Source: an uncultured archaeon (GTDB lineage: Archaea; Asgardarchaeota; Hermodarchaeia; Hermodarchaeales; Hermodarchaeaceae). From it: a stretch of 39,692 nucleotides of DNA. The stretch covers positions 1 through 39,692 of the forward strand of contig CAYFXC010000017.1 in assembly GCA_964347045.1 (NCBI GenBank), written 5' to 3'. Below are positions 1 through 9,319 of this stretch, in pieces. Positions within the stretch are counted from its first letter, which is position 1; each line of letters starts with the position of its first letter. The notes below the pieces were generated by a model. The model made no database searches and had not been told where the DNA came from. It saw only the letters and a list, made by a program, of their open reading frames with translations. The position numbers were made by a program, and so were the translations under genes.

Positions 1-465
1 GGCTTGCATTGCGGCTTTTCCTCGTTGAAGCCAAGTATGCTTGTTCCCGGGGTAAACCTCTGGAGACAGGGCTTTTGTCCTGCCACCTTTCTCGCTGGTT
101 TACTGTGCGTGGTGGCGCCTTATAACGGTTACGTTTGGGTGGTGGAGCGAACGTTTAACGTTGAAGAAAAGAGATTTTAGTCGGTTCCATTTTTTATTTT
201 ATGTCGTAAAGGCTCTGATTTTTGATAATTCATCCCTCTGCGTGTTTTACGAGTTTTAAGGCGCGTTTGGCGCTGTTTCACTTATAAATTTAATTTTTTA
301 TCTGTTCTTCGTCTGGCTCTTCTACGTCTTCCTCTAGCCCTTCTTACCAATGTCATTGTAAGCATGATGACAATTTTAAGTGTTCTAATTGTCTCCCTTT
401 TTTTGGTAGGCTTTGTGCTTGACCAGATGAATAGCCATTAGACAAACCTTTATTTCCCGCTTGAT

Positions 466-1617
466 GTGCTGATGAGGATGGGTGAGTTTACACTGCCACG
501 AGCTTTGCTGGCAATGTTACGGCGTGATGTGCATGATCATATTGAGTGGCCACTCCAATTAGAAGAGTTTCTGAGTCTTGTTGAGGCTGCCGGGTTTGAA
601 GTTATCGAGACCGTGTTACAGACCCGTATGCGCCGACATGGGGGATTTTTGTTTGGACGGGGTAAAGTAGATGAGATCGCTGGGCTTGTTGCGTTGGAGG
701 ACATTGAAGCCGTTGCAATTTACAATGTACTAACGTCGATGCAAAAATACAATCTGCAACGCACATTGGGTGTGCCTGTTTATGATCGATATGAGATTGT
801 ACTGCAGGTGTTTGGACGGGAAGCTCGTGATCGCGTTTCGCAGTTGCAGCTAGAACTGGCTGCCCTACAGAAGAGCTATCCATATATCAAGGTCACCGAG
901 AGCGAACGATTGCTGCGTGAACGTCCCGCTCGACGTGGTGGACGGGGACCAGGTGAGTATGCGTATCACGCGCAATTACGACAACTGCGGAAGCGCATTG
1001 CAAAGGTAACTGCAGAGCTATCACGTTATCGTAAGGAGCATCATCGACGAATGCGCAAACGTCGAGAATTACAAATTCCCATGGTTTGTATCGTGGGATG
1101 TTATAATGCTGGAAAAACAAGTCTGTTCAACGCATTAACGGGAGCTGAAAAAGAGGTGAGTGATCGCCCTTTTACTACTTTGGCTTCAAAATGGTCGATG
1201 GCGGAAAATCCTGAGCTGTTTTTTGTGGACACCATCGGATTTGCCTTGGACCTAGATCCAGAGTTGATTTCGGCGTTTCAGCTGAATCTTGATGATATGC
1301 GTGGGGCAGATGTTGTTCTTCTTGTAGTAGATGTTTCTGAGCCGATGCAGTTATTGGAAATGAAGATGCTAAGTTCATTAAGAATTCTACGGGATACAGG
1401 AATTGATGAATCACGGATTCTTGTTGTGTTGAACAAGTCCGACTTGTCTGAACCCGGACAAGTGGGTGAAGCGAAGGCTTTCATTGAGAAGACGTTTAGC
1501 CTCCCCGGAGTATTCATCTCTGCTAAAACAGATTCAAACTTCGATGAGCTCTCTGAGTCTATCCACCAATTATTCAAGGAAGTTGGTGCAACTACTCCTG
1601 CTTCTCATATTGAATGA
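466..1617 (+). CDS. hflX: GTPase HflX (ribosome-splitting factor)
   Basis: N-terminal HflX motifs (FGRGKVDEI, VYDRYEIVLQVF, GGRGPGE) and G-motifs GCYNAGKTS / PFTTL / DTIGF / NKSD / ISAK. The start codon is uncertain among 466, 472 and 478. Confidence 0.92.
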   Translation: MLMRMGEFTLPRALLAMLRRDVHDHIEWPLQLEEFLSLVEAAGFEVIETVLQTRMRRHGGFLFGRGKVDEIAGLVALEDIEAVAIYNVLTSMQKYNLQRTLGVPVYDRYEIVLQVFGREARDRVSQLQLELAALQKSYPYIKVTESERLLRERPARRGGRGPGEYAYHAQLRQLRKRIAKVTAELSRYRKEHHRRMRKRRELQIPMVCIVGCYNAGKTSLFNALTGAEKEVSDRPFTTLASKWSMAENPELFFVDTIGFALDLDPELISAFQLNLDDMRGADVVLLVVDVSEPMQLLEMKMLSSLRILRDTGIDESRILVVLNKSDLSEPGQVGEAKAFIEKTFSLPGVFISAKTDSNFDELSESIHQLFKEVGATTPASHIE

Positions 1618-1672
1618 GAATCGAATCTTTGATAAAGCCCTATTCATTACAGGGTCGATAGCTTTGGTGACC

Positions 1673-3325
1673 ATGGTGCCTGAACAAAATGTGTATCAGC
1701 ATTGGATTGATGCCTTGGTTCAGGAAATTATCGACTATTGGGGCGTTGATGCTCCAAAGATTGATTCTAGTTGTGGTCTATCCGTATCCGGTTTGCAGCA
1801 TGTCGGTCGGCTACGTGGTGAAATTACTTTGGCCAACACGGTAATGCATCAAATTCGTCAGAAGGGATATGGCTCTCAGCATTATGTGGTCCGGTACACC
1901 AGTGATGAATGGAAGGGAAAAGACAGGCAACTTGCGCAGTTTCCAAATCCTGATGCCGCCAGAGAATATGTGGGTCGCCGTCTAATTGATGTACCTGACC
2001 CCCAAGATGAGCTAGATAGTTGGGTCGACCGTTATTGGCAAGATTTCGGAGACTACTTAGATCACTTCAGCCGTGATACCACGATCGTCAGTACAAATGA
2101 AATCTACACTCGGCCAAAAATGCATGAGTTAGTTCGCTTTACTATTGAGCATCGCGAACGAGTTCGCGAAATAATCAATAAATATCGGGTGAGAAATCCT
2201 TTTCCCCCCGACTGGTTCCCAATTAACGTCGTCTGTGAATATTGTCGGCGAATAAGTACAACAATAGTCATTTCTGTCGATTTGGATGCATATACTGCTA
2301 ATTACCGATGCGATGGGTGTAATAACGAGGGAACTACAAATATCGAAAACGGCAAACTGTCATGGCGTATCGAATGGGCTGCCCTTTGGATGGTCCTTGA
2401 TGTGGGATTTGAACCTTTTGGAAAAGACCATGCAACTCCTGGTGGATCACGTGATAGCGCTAAAGAAATCGCAGAAATTTTCTTTGAATTCAAGCCCCCG
2501 GTTCCCTATGCCAATGAATGGGTGGGTCTGATTGAAAACGGTGTTGATAAAGGTGACATGGGTAGTTCAGACTTCAAAGGGTTTACACCGAAAACATGGG
2601 TCTCGGTGGCTCCTGGAGAAGCTCTCCGGTATATCTATCTTAAAAACAAATCAATGAAACGTCTCACCCTAGGACTTGAGTACATTCCCAATTATATAGG
2701 ACAATACGAAAGGGCTGAACGAGTCTATTATAAAATCGATACACCCAGAGCCCCGCCTCAGGAAATTGAAGATATTCGTCGAAGTTATGAACTGGCTAAC
2801 CTTGAACCTGTCTCCAAAACACCTCCTCTCCAAATCCCATACTTACATGCCGTGCTCCTCACACAAATTATTCCCGCCGATAACCTTCCGAGGGCCGCTA
2901 TCAAAAAACTCATTGATAGTGAGCTCATAGCTACATCTTTGACAAAAGATCAAATGGCAAAAATCACGACGCTATTTAACCGTGCAAAAACCTGGGTCAC
3001 AAACTATGCTCCTGAAACATATCGTGTCATTACCCTCTCTAATCCACCAGACGGTTTGAATCAAATTATCTCAGGTGAGCTCCGGTCTTACTATCAGCAG
3101 CTATATGAAACTCTCAATCCTGCACATTGGACCGAACGAGCAATCACCCATGCAATGAAGCAGCTAACCCAATCTATGCCTAAAGAAACGCAGCGCGCCT
3201 TCTTCCGTCATCTTTATCAAGCCTTTTTTGGCTCTGACAAAGGACCCCGGATTTCTGCCTATTTTGCCTTCACAGACTCCTCACTGGTACGCTCTCGACT
3301 GCAATATCTTGCAACGCCACCCTAA
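1673..3325 (+). CDS. lysS: class I lysine--tRNA ligase
   Basis: SGLQHVGRLRGE (HIGH-like), two CxxC pairs, KLSWRIEWAALW, FEPFGKDHATPGGSRD, DMGSSDF (KMSKS-like), GPRIS. Start moved to ATG 1673 because the ORF-track start at 1466 overlaps hflX. Confidence 0.95.
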   Translation: MVPEQNVYQHWIDALVQEIIDYWGVDAPKIDSSCGLSVSGLQHVGRLRGEITLANTVMHQIRQKGYGSQHYVVRYTSDEWKGKDRQLAQFPNPDAAREYVGRRLIDVPDPQDELDSWVDRYWQDFGDYLDHFSRDTTIVSTNEIYTRPKMHELVRFTIEHRERVREIINKYRVRNPFPPDWFPINVVCEYCRRISTTIVISVDLDAYTANYRCDGCNNEGTTNIENGKLSWRIEWAALWMVLDVGFEPFGKDHATPGGSRDSAKEIAEIFFEFKPPVPYANEWVGLIENGVDKGDMGSSDFKGFTPKTWVSVAPGEALRYIYLKNKSMKRLTLGLEYIPNYIGQYERAERVYYKIDTPRAPPQEIEDIRRSYELANLEPVSKTPPLQIPYLHAVLLTQIIPADNLPRAAIKKLIDSELIATSLTKDQMAKITTLFNRAKTWVTNYAPETYRVITLSNPPDGLNQIISGELRSYYQQLYETLNPAHWTERAITHAMKQLTQSMPKETQRAFFRHLYQAFFGSDKGPRISAYFAFTDSSLVRSRLQYLATPP

Positions 3326-3435
3326 TGAGAGGACATTAAACCAAAACTTCTTTCCGCAAACAAGACGCAACCTATATATGCTCATATCCCCAAAGTCAAT
3401 TCTATTCCATAATCGGATAACGGAGAGAAGAAACT

Positions 3436-3708
3436 ATGTCAAAACCTGCAGTCAGCGCATTCCGCCAAGCCGTCTACAATGAAGCCAAGGCGCTCAAAAT
3501 CCCAATAGTGGATGAGCGAGCGATTGACAAGCTCGGTATCAACAAAGGCTCTGTCGGTGGAACGGTTGAGATGAGGTACCGAGATGGCGAGGAGACGAAG
3601 ATCAAGACCTTTCTAGCGGTGGCTAAATACCACCATGCTCTTGTGATCTATAAGGACGAGATGTTCTACATATTAGCCAATAACACTATTTGGCGCTTGT
3701 CAACTTAG
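3436..3708 (+). CDS. hypothetical protein (90 aa)
   Basis: Clean ORF with purine-rich RBS (ggagagaag) and an upstream TATATAT box at about 3374-3380. No family recognised. Confidence 0.75.
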   Translation: MSKPAVSAFRQAVYNEAKALKIPIVDERAIDKLGINKGSVGGTVEMRYRDGEETKIKTFLAVAKYHHALVIYKDEMFYILANNTIWRLST

Positions 3709-3803
3709 AGTTTCATTTTCAAGGCAACCTGTTCCTCTCATTTTCTTCCGTCCTCGTAAGAAGACAGTGATGAATGTATCTCGAAGTGAGGATTGGATTT
3801 GAG

Positions 3804-3830
3804 GTTATCACATTAACTTCGTGTGATAAC
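3804..3830. terminator. inverted repeat between convergent genes (possible bidirectional terminator or protein-binding site)
   Basis: GTTATCACA-N9-TGTGATAAC perfect 9-bp inverted repeat, with an A-run just after it, lying between the stops at 3708 (+) and 3852 (-). Confidence 0.45.
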
Positions 3831-3851
3831 TTATGAAAAATAATAGCAAGA

Positions 3852-4469
3852 TTAGGTTTCAAAAATCTCTTTAATCCGCTTGATCTCTGCCATCATTTCG
3901 TTCCGTAAACCTGCAATTCCAGGTGCAGCAGCTGCGGTAGCTGGTGCGGGGGCAGGAGGCGGACTGGTTGTTCCTGCAGGTGGCGCACTAGGAGGTGCCA
4001 TGGCAGGCTGGGCCGCAGGTGGGGCTGCAGGTTCTGCTTTAGGTGGTGCAGTAGGCGGTGCCCTAGGTGGTGCACTGGGTGGCGCTGTTGGTGGTGCTGC
4101 TGGCGGAGCCTCCGCAGGGGGTGTGGGGATAGCCGGTGCTGCAGCTGTAACTTCTCCAAGCAAAATGGATTCAGCTTCGTCACCTGTATCAGCGGTAGCG
4201 ATAGCTGCTGTATCACCTTCAAGAAAATCAAATAACTCGTCTGTTGAGGGTCCTCCGGTACTGAGCTCCGCTGCCATCAAAGGTGTACTTGCCGCAGCCA
4301 TAGGAGTGACCTGTGCCTCTTTCAAATCACTTCGAATTTTATTCAGACTGCTTTGAAACTCGGTGACTTGTTTAGCAACGGTGTTAAGCGCATCGGCTAA
4401 TTCATTGACGGCTTTGGATAAGAATTCGGATACACGAATCAAAATGGCTTCCTTGTCTGAGCCTGACAT
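3852..4469 (-). CDS. coiled-coil / acidic / Pro-Ala-rich protein with C-terminal amphipathic helix
   Basis: ATG 4469 preceded by ggggtg RBS-like sequence. N-terminal heptad helix, xAPP repeats, C-terminal GLRNEMMAEIKRIKEIFET. Confidence 0.8.
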   Translation of the reverse strand: MSGSDKEAILIRVSEFLSKAVNELADALNTVAKQVTEFQSSLNKIRSDLKEAQVTPMAAASTPLMAAELSTGGPSTDELFDFLEGDTAAIATADTGDEAESILLGEVTAAAPAIPTPPAEAPPAAPPTAPPSAPPRAPPTAPPKAEPAAPPAAQPAMAPPSAPPAGTTSPPPAPAPATAAAAPGIAGLRNEMMAEIKRIKEIFET

Positions 4470-4551
4470 TCTTGCTACACCCCGTGTCATCTGCAGCATG
4501 GGGTACTGCAAATTAGGATGTAATAGGCTTACATATAAACTTTGTTGAGTC

Positions 4552-5010
4552 CTATTCGCTAACTGAACCAGTTTTGCGGTCCTCTCCACGCTGGAAGGCT
4601 CCTGACGCATCCAGGATTTGCTGATGATCGAAGGCTAAATTTTCTGGAGCCTCGAAAAATATTTTTGCTTCTAGCGCATCGTCACTAGCCTGAAGAGATC
4701 CGCTCACTATTCGCACAGTGTAGGCGATGCTTATCATGTGACCTCGGGGATCTCGTGCTGGATCAGAAAAAACTCCAATCAATCGAAATGGTTTGACATC
4801 GAATCCCGTTTCCTCTTTAACCTCGCGTATTATTGCCTCCTCAACGGTTTCACCAATTTCAACCTTTCCTCCTGGTAAAGCCCAATGCCCTTGAAAAGGT
4901 GGATATCGCCGCTGAATGAACACGACTCCTTGATCTTTAGATTGGATGACAGCATCCACGGCTACAACTGGTGATTTTTGGCGCATTGCATTCCATTCTG
5001 GATTGGACAT
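4552..5010 (-). CDS. Nudix hydrolase (ADP-ribose pyrophosphatase-like)
   Basis: Nudix box GGKVEIGETVEEAIIREVKEETG, plus RDPRGH and LAFDH. ATG 5010 follows an aagga RBS. Confidence 0.93.
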   Translation of the reverse strand: MSNPEWNAMRQKSPVVAVDAVIQSKDQGVVFIQRRYPPFQGHWALPGGKVEIGETVEEAIIREVKEETGFDVKPFRLIGVFSDPARDPRGHMISIAYTVRIVSGSLQASDDALEAKIFFEAPENLAFDHQQILDASGAFQRGEDRKTGSVSE

Positions 5011-5089
5011 ATCCTTCTTTGCTCCTATCAATTTAGGTGCAGCTTCGGAAGCCTTAAAAGCATTTGTTTACTACGCCACTAGAACGACC

Positions 5090-5584
5090 ATGACAGTAGA
5101 ACCTTGGCAAGAACCCAAACCTACTATTGATCAACTCCGAAGGTTGGTTGAACGAATTCAATCCTATTCGCGAACTAGCCGCATCATGGGTTACCTTTCC
5201 TCTTCCATTCTCATTGTACTCATGATCCAATTGGGCATCCTTGTGTATAGCAATTTCATCCCATTTATCTGGGGTACTCCCCTAGTCATCCTACCTGAAT
5301 GGTTCTATTATGTTATGTTCATAACCTTTGCATTTTCCATGTTGGTTTATGGTATCGCAGGAACTGTCAACGGTCGATTAAATCGATACATTCTTGAATA
5401 CAAGAGGATTGGTGTCGTCGTACAGTTGCGTTGCGAAGAGTGTAACCGCACTAGTGAACGAGTCTGGGAAAAGGAAGATTTCGTTTTCAAAAAAGAGGGG
5501 CAATGTGCTTGCGGAGGAACTAAGTACGTCTCTCAAATGTATATCATGCCGCTCCCATTGAAGAAGGGATCAAAAGAAATCTAA
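5090..5584 (+). CDS. membrane protein (2 TM) with C-terminal zinc ribbon
   Basis: Two hydrophobic segments, then CEEC...EDFVFK..GQCACGG. Start set at ATG 5090 to avoid overlap with the Nudix gene. Confidence 0.75.
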   Translation: MTVEPWQEPKPTIDQLRRLVERIQSYSRTSRIMGYLSSSILIVLMIQLGILVYSNFIPFIWGTPLVILPEWFYYVMFITFAFSMLVYGIAGTVNGRLNRYILEYKRIGVVVQLRCEECNRTSERVWEKEDFVFKKEGQCACGGTKYVSQMYIMPLPLKKGSKEI

Positions 5585-5638
5585 CGGTTTTCAGAATTTA
5601 TCATCTTATTTTCATAATGCTAGACATTGTTCATCAGG

Positions 5639-7414
5639 CTATTCAAGGATCGCCCGCACTCTAAGAGTATCTGCTCCAATGCGTTTTTGCTTCATGATGC
5701 GAAATGTCCCAAGTTTACCAGTTCGACTAACATGAGGTCCACTGCAAATTTCTTGGGATACATTTCCAACCGAATATACTTTGACTTGTTCACCATATTT
5801 TTCACCAAAGAATCCTAGTGCACCCTGCATCCGAGCTTCTTCCGGTGTCATCACCTTAAAACTAACAAGTAAATCGCGTTGGATGATTTTGTTAACCCAC
5901 TTTTCAATTTGTTCAACTTCTTCTGGTTTTAGCTTACGATTTAATTGGACATCCAAACGTAAGCGATCTTTTGTGATATTGCTACCCTTCTGGTAAATTG
6001 AAGGTCCCACAATCTCACGGAGCGCCTTATGAAGTAAATGAGTTGCAGTGTGAAGACGAATAACTTCCTCGGAATGATCTGCTAAACCGCTGGCAAATTT
6101 TTGTTGGGTGGCATCTCGGGAAATTTGTCGATGCTGTTCAAACTCCTTTCGAAATTCTTCCAAATCAACCTGCTGACCATTCTCTTCAGCAATCTGAACT
6201 GTCATCTCTATCGGGAAGCCGTAAGTAGCAAAGAGCGTGAATGCGTCTTTTCCAGTAAGCATTCCTTTCTCCTTTAATGTTTTTTCGGCAATTCGCAGTC
6301 CACGCCGAACCGTTGTACGAAACCTTTTCTCCTCCTTTTCTATTTCGCTTAAAATGCGTTCCTTATTGCGAAGTAGCTCTCCGTATTCATTACCTAGGCA
6401 GGCGATAATTGGTGGGATTAATTCACCTAGGAAGAATTCGTCAATTCCTAGCTGTAATGCCTGTCGAATTGCTACCCGGATTAACCGACGAATAACATAA
6501 CCTCTTTCAACATTAGAAGGCACTAATCCTTGGTCATCTGCTAAAGCCATCACTGCGGAACGAACATGGTCTGCAATTATCCGGATCGACCGTTGCTGAC
6601 CCGTTGAAGGCTTTGTGATTTGGGCAATCTTTTTTATTTTATCTACGATGGGTTTGAAAACATCAGTTTCGAAGACACTGGGAAATTGGTTCAATACTTG
6701 GAGAGTTCGTTCCAAACCCATTCCTGTGTCAATATTCTTTTTTTCAAGGGGTGTCAACGTTCCATCTTCAGCGCGATTGTAGGACATGAAAACAAGGTTC
6801 CATATCTCGACGAATTTCCCACACCCACAACCTGGACGACACGTTTCTGAACAGGTTGGTAAGCCAATATCCACAAAAATCTCAGTATCGGGTCCTTGCG
6901 GTCCCGTATCGCCAAGAGCCCACCAGTTGTCCTTGTAAGGTAAGTAGTGGATATGGTTACGCGGTATCCCAAGGGTTTCCCAAGCATGAGCTGCTTCTTC
7001 ATCTGCGGGAACTTGGTCGTTTCCTTCAAAGACAGTGACATGTAAAACCTCTTTTTCTAATCCAAGGCCGACCTCTGGATTGAGGAGGAATTCCATCGCC
7101 ATTTCTATGGCACTTTGTTTCCAATAGTCTCCTAATGACCAATTCCCCAACATTTCAAAGAAGGTTAGATGAAAAGTATCACCGACTTCATCGATATCAT
7201 CAGTTCGAATACATTTTTGGACATTTACTAGCCGCGTCCCTTCAGGATGGGGTTGCCCTAATAAGTAAGGAACCAACGGTTGCATACCTGCACTTTGGAA
7301 AAGAACCGTTGGGTCAAGCTGTGGTATGAGCGACGCGGAAGGAATAATGGCATGACCTCTTTCTGTGAAATATTGAATGTAGCGTCTTCGAAGTTCCGGT
7401 GCCATCATTCGCAT
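5639..7414 (-). CDS. alaS: alanine--tRNA ligase, compact bacterial-type (no C-Ala domain)
   Basis: DPTVLFQSAGMQPL, VQKCIRT, HLTFFEMLGNWSLGDY, EIWNLVFM, IDTGMGLER, GYVIRRLIR; editing-domain HTATH and EICSGPHV. ATG 7414 follows a gagga RBS. Confidence 0.95.
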   Translation of the reverse strand: MRMMAPELRRRYIQYFTERGHAIIPSASLIPQLDPTVLFQSAGMQPLVPYLLGQPHPEGTRLVNVQKCIRTDDIDEVGDTFHLTFFEMLGNWSLGDYWKQSAIEMAMEFLLNPEVGLGLEKEVLHVTVFEGNDQVPADEEAAHAWETLGIPRNHIHYLPYKDNWWALGDTGPQGPDTEIFVDIGLPTCSETCRPGCGCGKFVEIWNLVFMSYNRAEDGTLTPLEKKNIDTGMGLERTLQVLNQFPSVFETDVFKPIVDKIKKIAQITKPSTGQQRSIRIIADHVRSAVMALADDQGLVPSNVERGYVIRRLIRVAIRQALQLGIDEFFLGELIPPIIACLGNEYGELLRNKERILSEIEKEEKRFRTTVRRGLRIAEKTLKEKGMLTGKDAFTLFATYGFPIEMTVQIAEENGQQVDLEEFRKEFEQHRQISRDATQQKFASGLADHSEEVIRLHTATHLLHKALREIVGPSIYQKGSNITKDRLRLDVQLNRKLKPEEVEQIEKWVNKIIQRDLLVSFKVMTPEEARMQGALGFFGEKYGEQVKVYSVGNVSQEICSGPHVSRTGKLGTFRIMKQKRIGADTLRVRAILE

Positions 7415-7527
7415 AGCTAATATCCTCAATTTATGTTTGTTTAAGACCATCGATTGTAGATTGAGAATAGCCCGTATTATGACTAGTAATGCTCTGAAAG
7501 AAATAGTCCTCTTTAATTATTCGGCTC

Positions 7528-7848
7528 TTACCGACGTGTCCATTTTACAGCGTCATTATACCCAGTCCATCGGGTTCGTCGACCAGCTACCCAATAAAGA
7601 ACAAGAATAACAAAAATCGCTGGAAGTGCAAGCCAAATGAATTCAACAACTATATCGATAGGTGAAGTAGGCGGTTCAAGTGAGAAAACTGAAGGCGCTG
7701 TAGGTTCTAAATTGAATGGAGATACCGAGCCCATCATGGTATGGACTAAGGCAGGAAGAAGCATAACCGTGACACCTATGGCGGCACCTGCCACGAGATA
7801 TATTACGCGTCGCCAATACCATTTAGTTGTCTCGCGTTTGGACATCAT
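7528..7848 (-). CDS. small 2-TM membrane protein
   Basis: Two hydrophobic segments; aggtga RBS before the ATG. Confidence 0.65.
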   Translation of the reverse strand: MMSKRETTKWYWRRVIYLVAGAAIGVTVMLLPALVHTMMGSVSPFNLEPTAPSVFSLEPPTSPIDIVVEFIWLALPAIFVILVLYWVAGRRTRWTGYNDAVKWTRR

Positions 7849-7879
7849 ATTTCACCTTTCATGAAGTGTGTCTTACAAT

Positions 7880-7900
7880 ATTAGACTACGGTTTAGAACA
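7880..7900 (-). promoter_or_regulatory. candidate operator, copy 1 (TGTTCTAAACCGTAGTCTAAT)
   Basis: 18/21 identity to the + strand motif at 8471-8491; lies 31 nt upstream of the gene starting at 7848. Confidence 0.5.
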
Positions 7901-7906
7901 CTCCTT

Positions 7907-8371
7907 TCACGGTCGATTTTTATAAGCTCGCCAGGTTTCATACCAAAACAGAGCAACAGCTCCACCTCCGAAAAGCCAGGCCGCAAAATTACCAAAAGTC
8001 AAATGCTGGGGATAGACGATAAGGAAGATAACTAGTGCAGTTGTGAAGAAAGCAGCATAAAAAAGATGTCGCGGTAATGCTCGATGTCCAACCCAGATAA
8101 ATTGCTTTAGAACTCCGACTTGTACCACCTCTTCCACGGTGTATTCACCCCGTTCCCGTTGAACCAATCCCAGCTCGACTAACTTGTCCAAATGATAAGC
8201 TGCGAGACTTGGGGAGGATAAACCCAATTTGCGTTGCAATTGTCGGGGTCCTACTGGCTCCTTTGCAGATAACATTTCAAAATAGACGCGAAGCGTTCGT
8301 CCACGAAGTTCAGATTCTAAATCAAGCTCTCGATTTCGTTCTGGGGCTTGTTCTTGGTTCACATTTTTCAC
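7907..8371 (-). CDS. membrane-anchored winged-helix (ArsR-like) transcriptional regulator
   Basis: GPRQLQRKLGLSSPSLAAYHLDKLVELGLV HTH followed by two TM helices. Confidence 0.8.
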   Translation of the reverse strand: MKNVNQEQAPERNRELDLESELRGRTLRVYFEMLSAKEPVGPRQLQRKLGLSSPSLAAYHLDKLVELGLVQRERGEYTVEEVVQVGVLKQFIWVGHRALPRHLFYAAFFTTALVIFLIVYPQHLTFGNFAAWLFGGGAVALFWYETWRAYKNRP

Positions 8372-8470
8372 TCTCGAAGCACTGGTAAACTGAATTCTAA
8401 CAATCCATTTTCTGAACTTATTTTTTAATAGACGGGTTCTTGACTAGTTTCTTTTCTGATTGGTTGTGGC

Positions 8471-8491
8471 TGTTCTAAAATGTAGTTTAAT
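8471..8491 (+). promoter_or_regulatory. candidate operator, copy 2 (TGTTCTAAAATGTAGTTTAAT)
   Basis: 18/21 identity to the reverse complement of 7880-7900; upstream of the ICMT-like gene. Confidence 0.5.
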
Positions 8492-8514
8492 GAATTAGCT
8501 TATCACTAATTCTA

Positions 8515-9225
8515 ATGAAAAATACTTATGGAGTTTGTAAAATGAGATTCGTGCAAAAACTCCAGTCGGTTTTATTGCGGATTGGTGGCTATTTAGTTCC
8601 TCTTGTGCAGCAGATTCCAACACTTGGTATTTATGTAGGCTTAATGACGTTGCCCCTGTTTGCAGTTCTGGTTATTCTTTTCACACAATTTCCCTTGAAT
8701 ATTATTGGGGTAATCTCTGACTTACTTATGATGAGTCTCATGTCGATCGGCGTTTTAATCGCCAATTTAGTGACTTTTACAGGTATTCTATTAACTGTAT
8801 ATTCATTCATCTATTTTCAACTTCATAAAAGGGATGGGCTAGTCACAACAGGGCCATATCGATTCATTCGTCACCCGCAATATACTGGATTTCTTCTAAC
8901 GACGCTTGGGCTCACGGCGTTCTGTTACTGGTGGCTTTCCAATACCTTTGGAATGGGATGGCTCTCAAAAGAAGCAACCGTTGCCCTCTGGTTCTTTCAA
9001 CTATTAATCTATGTCAGTCTAGCTCTTCTAGAAGAGTCGCATCTAGCTAGACAATATGGCAAACATTATGTGGCGTACAAAGAACAGACATCATTCTTTC
9101 TCCCACTAGGGAGATTCAATCGCTTCGATATCCCCATCTCAATTGCGATTCTGAGCCTTGGTATGTTCAGTTTAATTCTCACTCAGTTAATCAGACCTAC
9201 ATTCATTTTTACCTTTTTTTTCTGA
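8515..9225 (+). CDS. isoprenylcysteine carboxyl methyltransferase / PEMT family membrane protein
   Basis: LVTTGPYRFIRHPQYTG and EESHLARQYGKHYVAYKEQT..FLP motifs; multiple TM segments. Alternative start ATG 8542 follows a ggag RBS. Confidence 0.8.
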   Translation: MKNTYGVCKMRFVQKLQSVLLRIGGYLVPLVQQIPTLGIYVGLMTLPLFAVLVILFTQFPLNIIGVISDLLMMSLMSIGVLIANLVTFTGILLTVYSFIYFQLHKRDGLVTTGPYRFIRHPQYTGFLLTTLGLTAFCYWWLSNTFGMGWLSKEATVALWFFQLLIYVSLALLEESHLARQYGKHYVAYKEQTSFFLPLGRFNRFDIPISIAILSLGMFSLILTQLIRPTFIFTFFF

Positions 9226-9319
9226 AGACTAAGAAGCCCAAATTAACTATTTAGGCTTGATTCTATGCTTTTTTCAATTTAAAAAAGGGTAACAAGTTTG
9301 ACAAACAAATCTAGCCTAA

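Noticed and set aside
266-460. E2F consensus words TTTGGCGC (266-273) and TTTCCCGC (453-460) beside TATA-like boxes
   Set aside because: Several TTTSSCGC matches are expected by chance in 40 kb and others fall inside CDSs; the specificity of the E2F-like protein is unknown.
1466-1672. N-terminal extension of LysRS
   Set aside because: Overlaps hflX and is not protein-like; the family-typical start is at 1673.
3880-4356. Gly/Ala-rich + strand ORF
   Set aside because: Antisense shadow of the Pro/Ala-rich gene, which has an RBS and an ordered domain layout.
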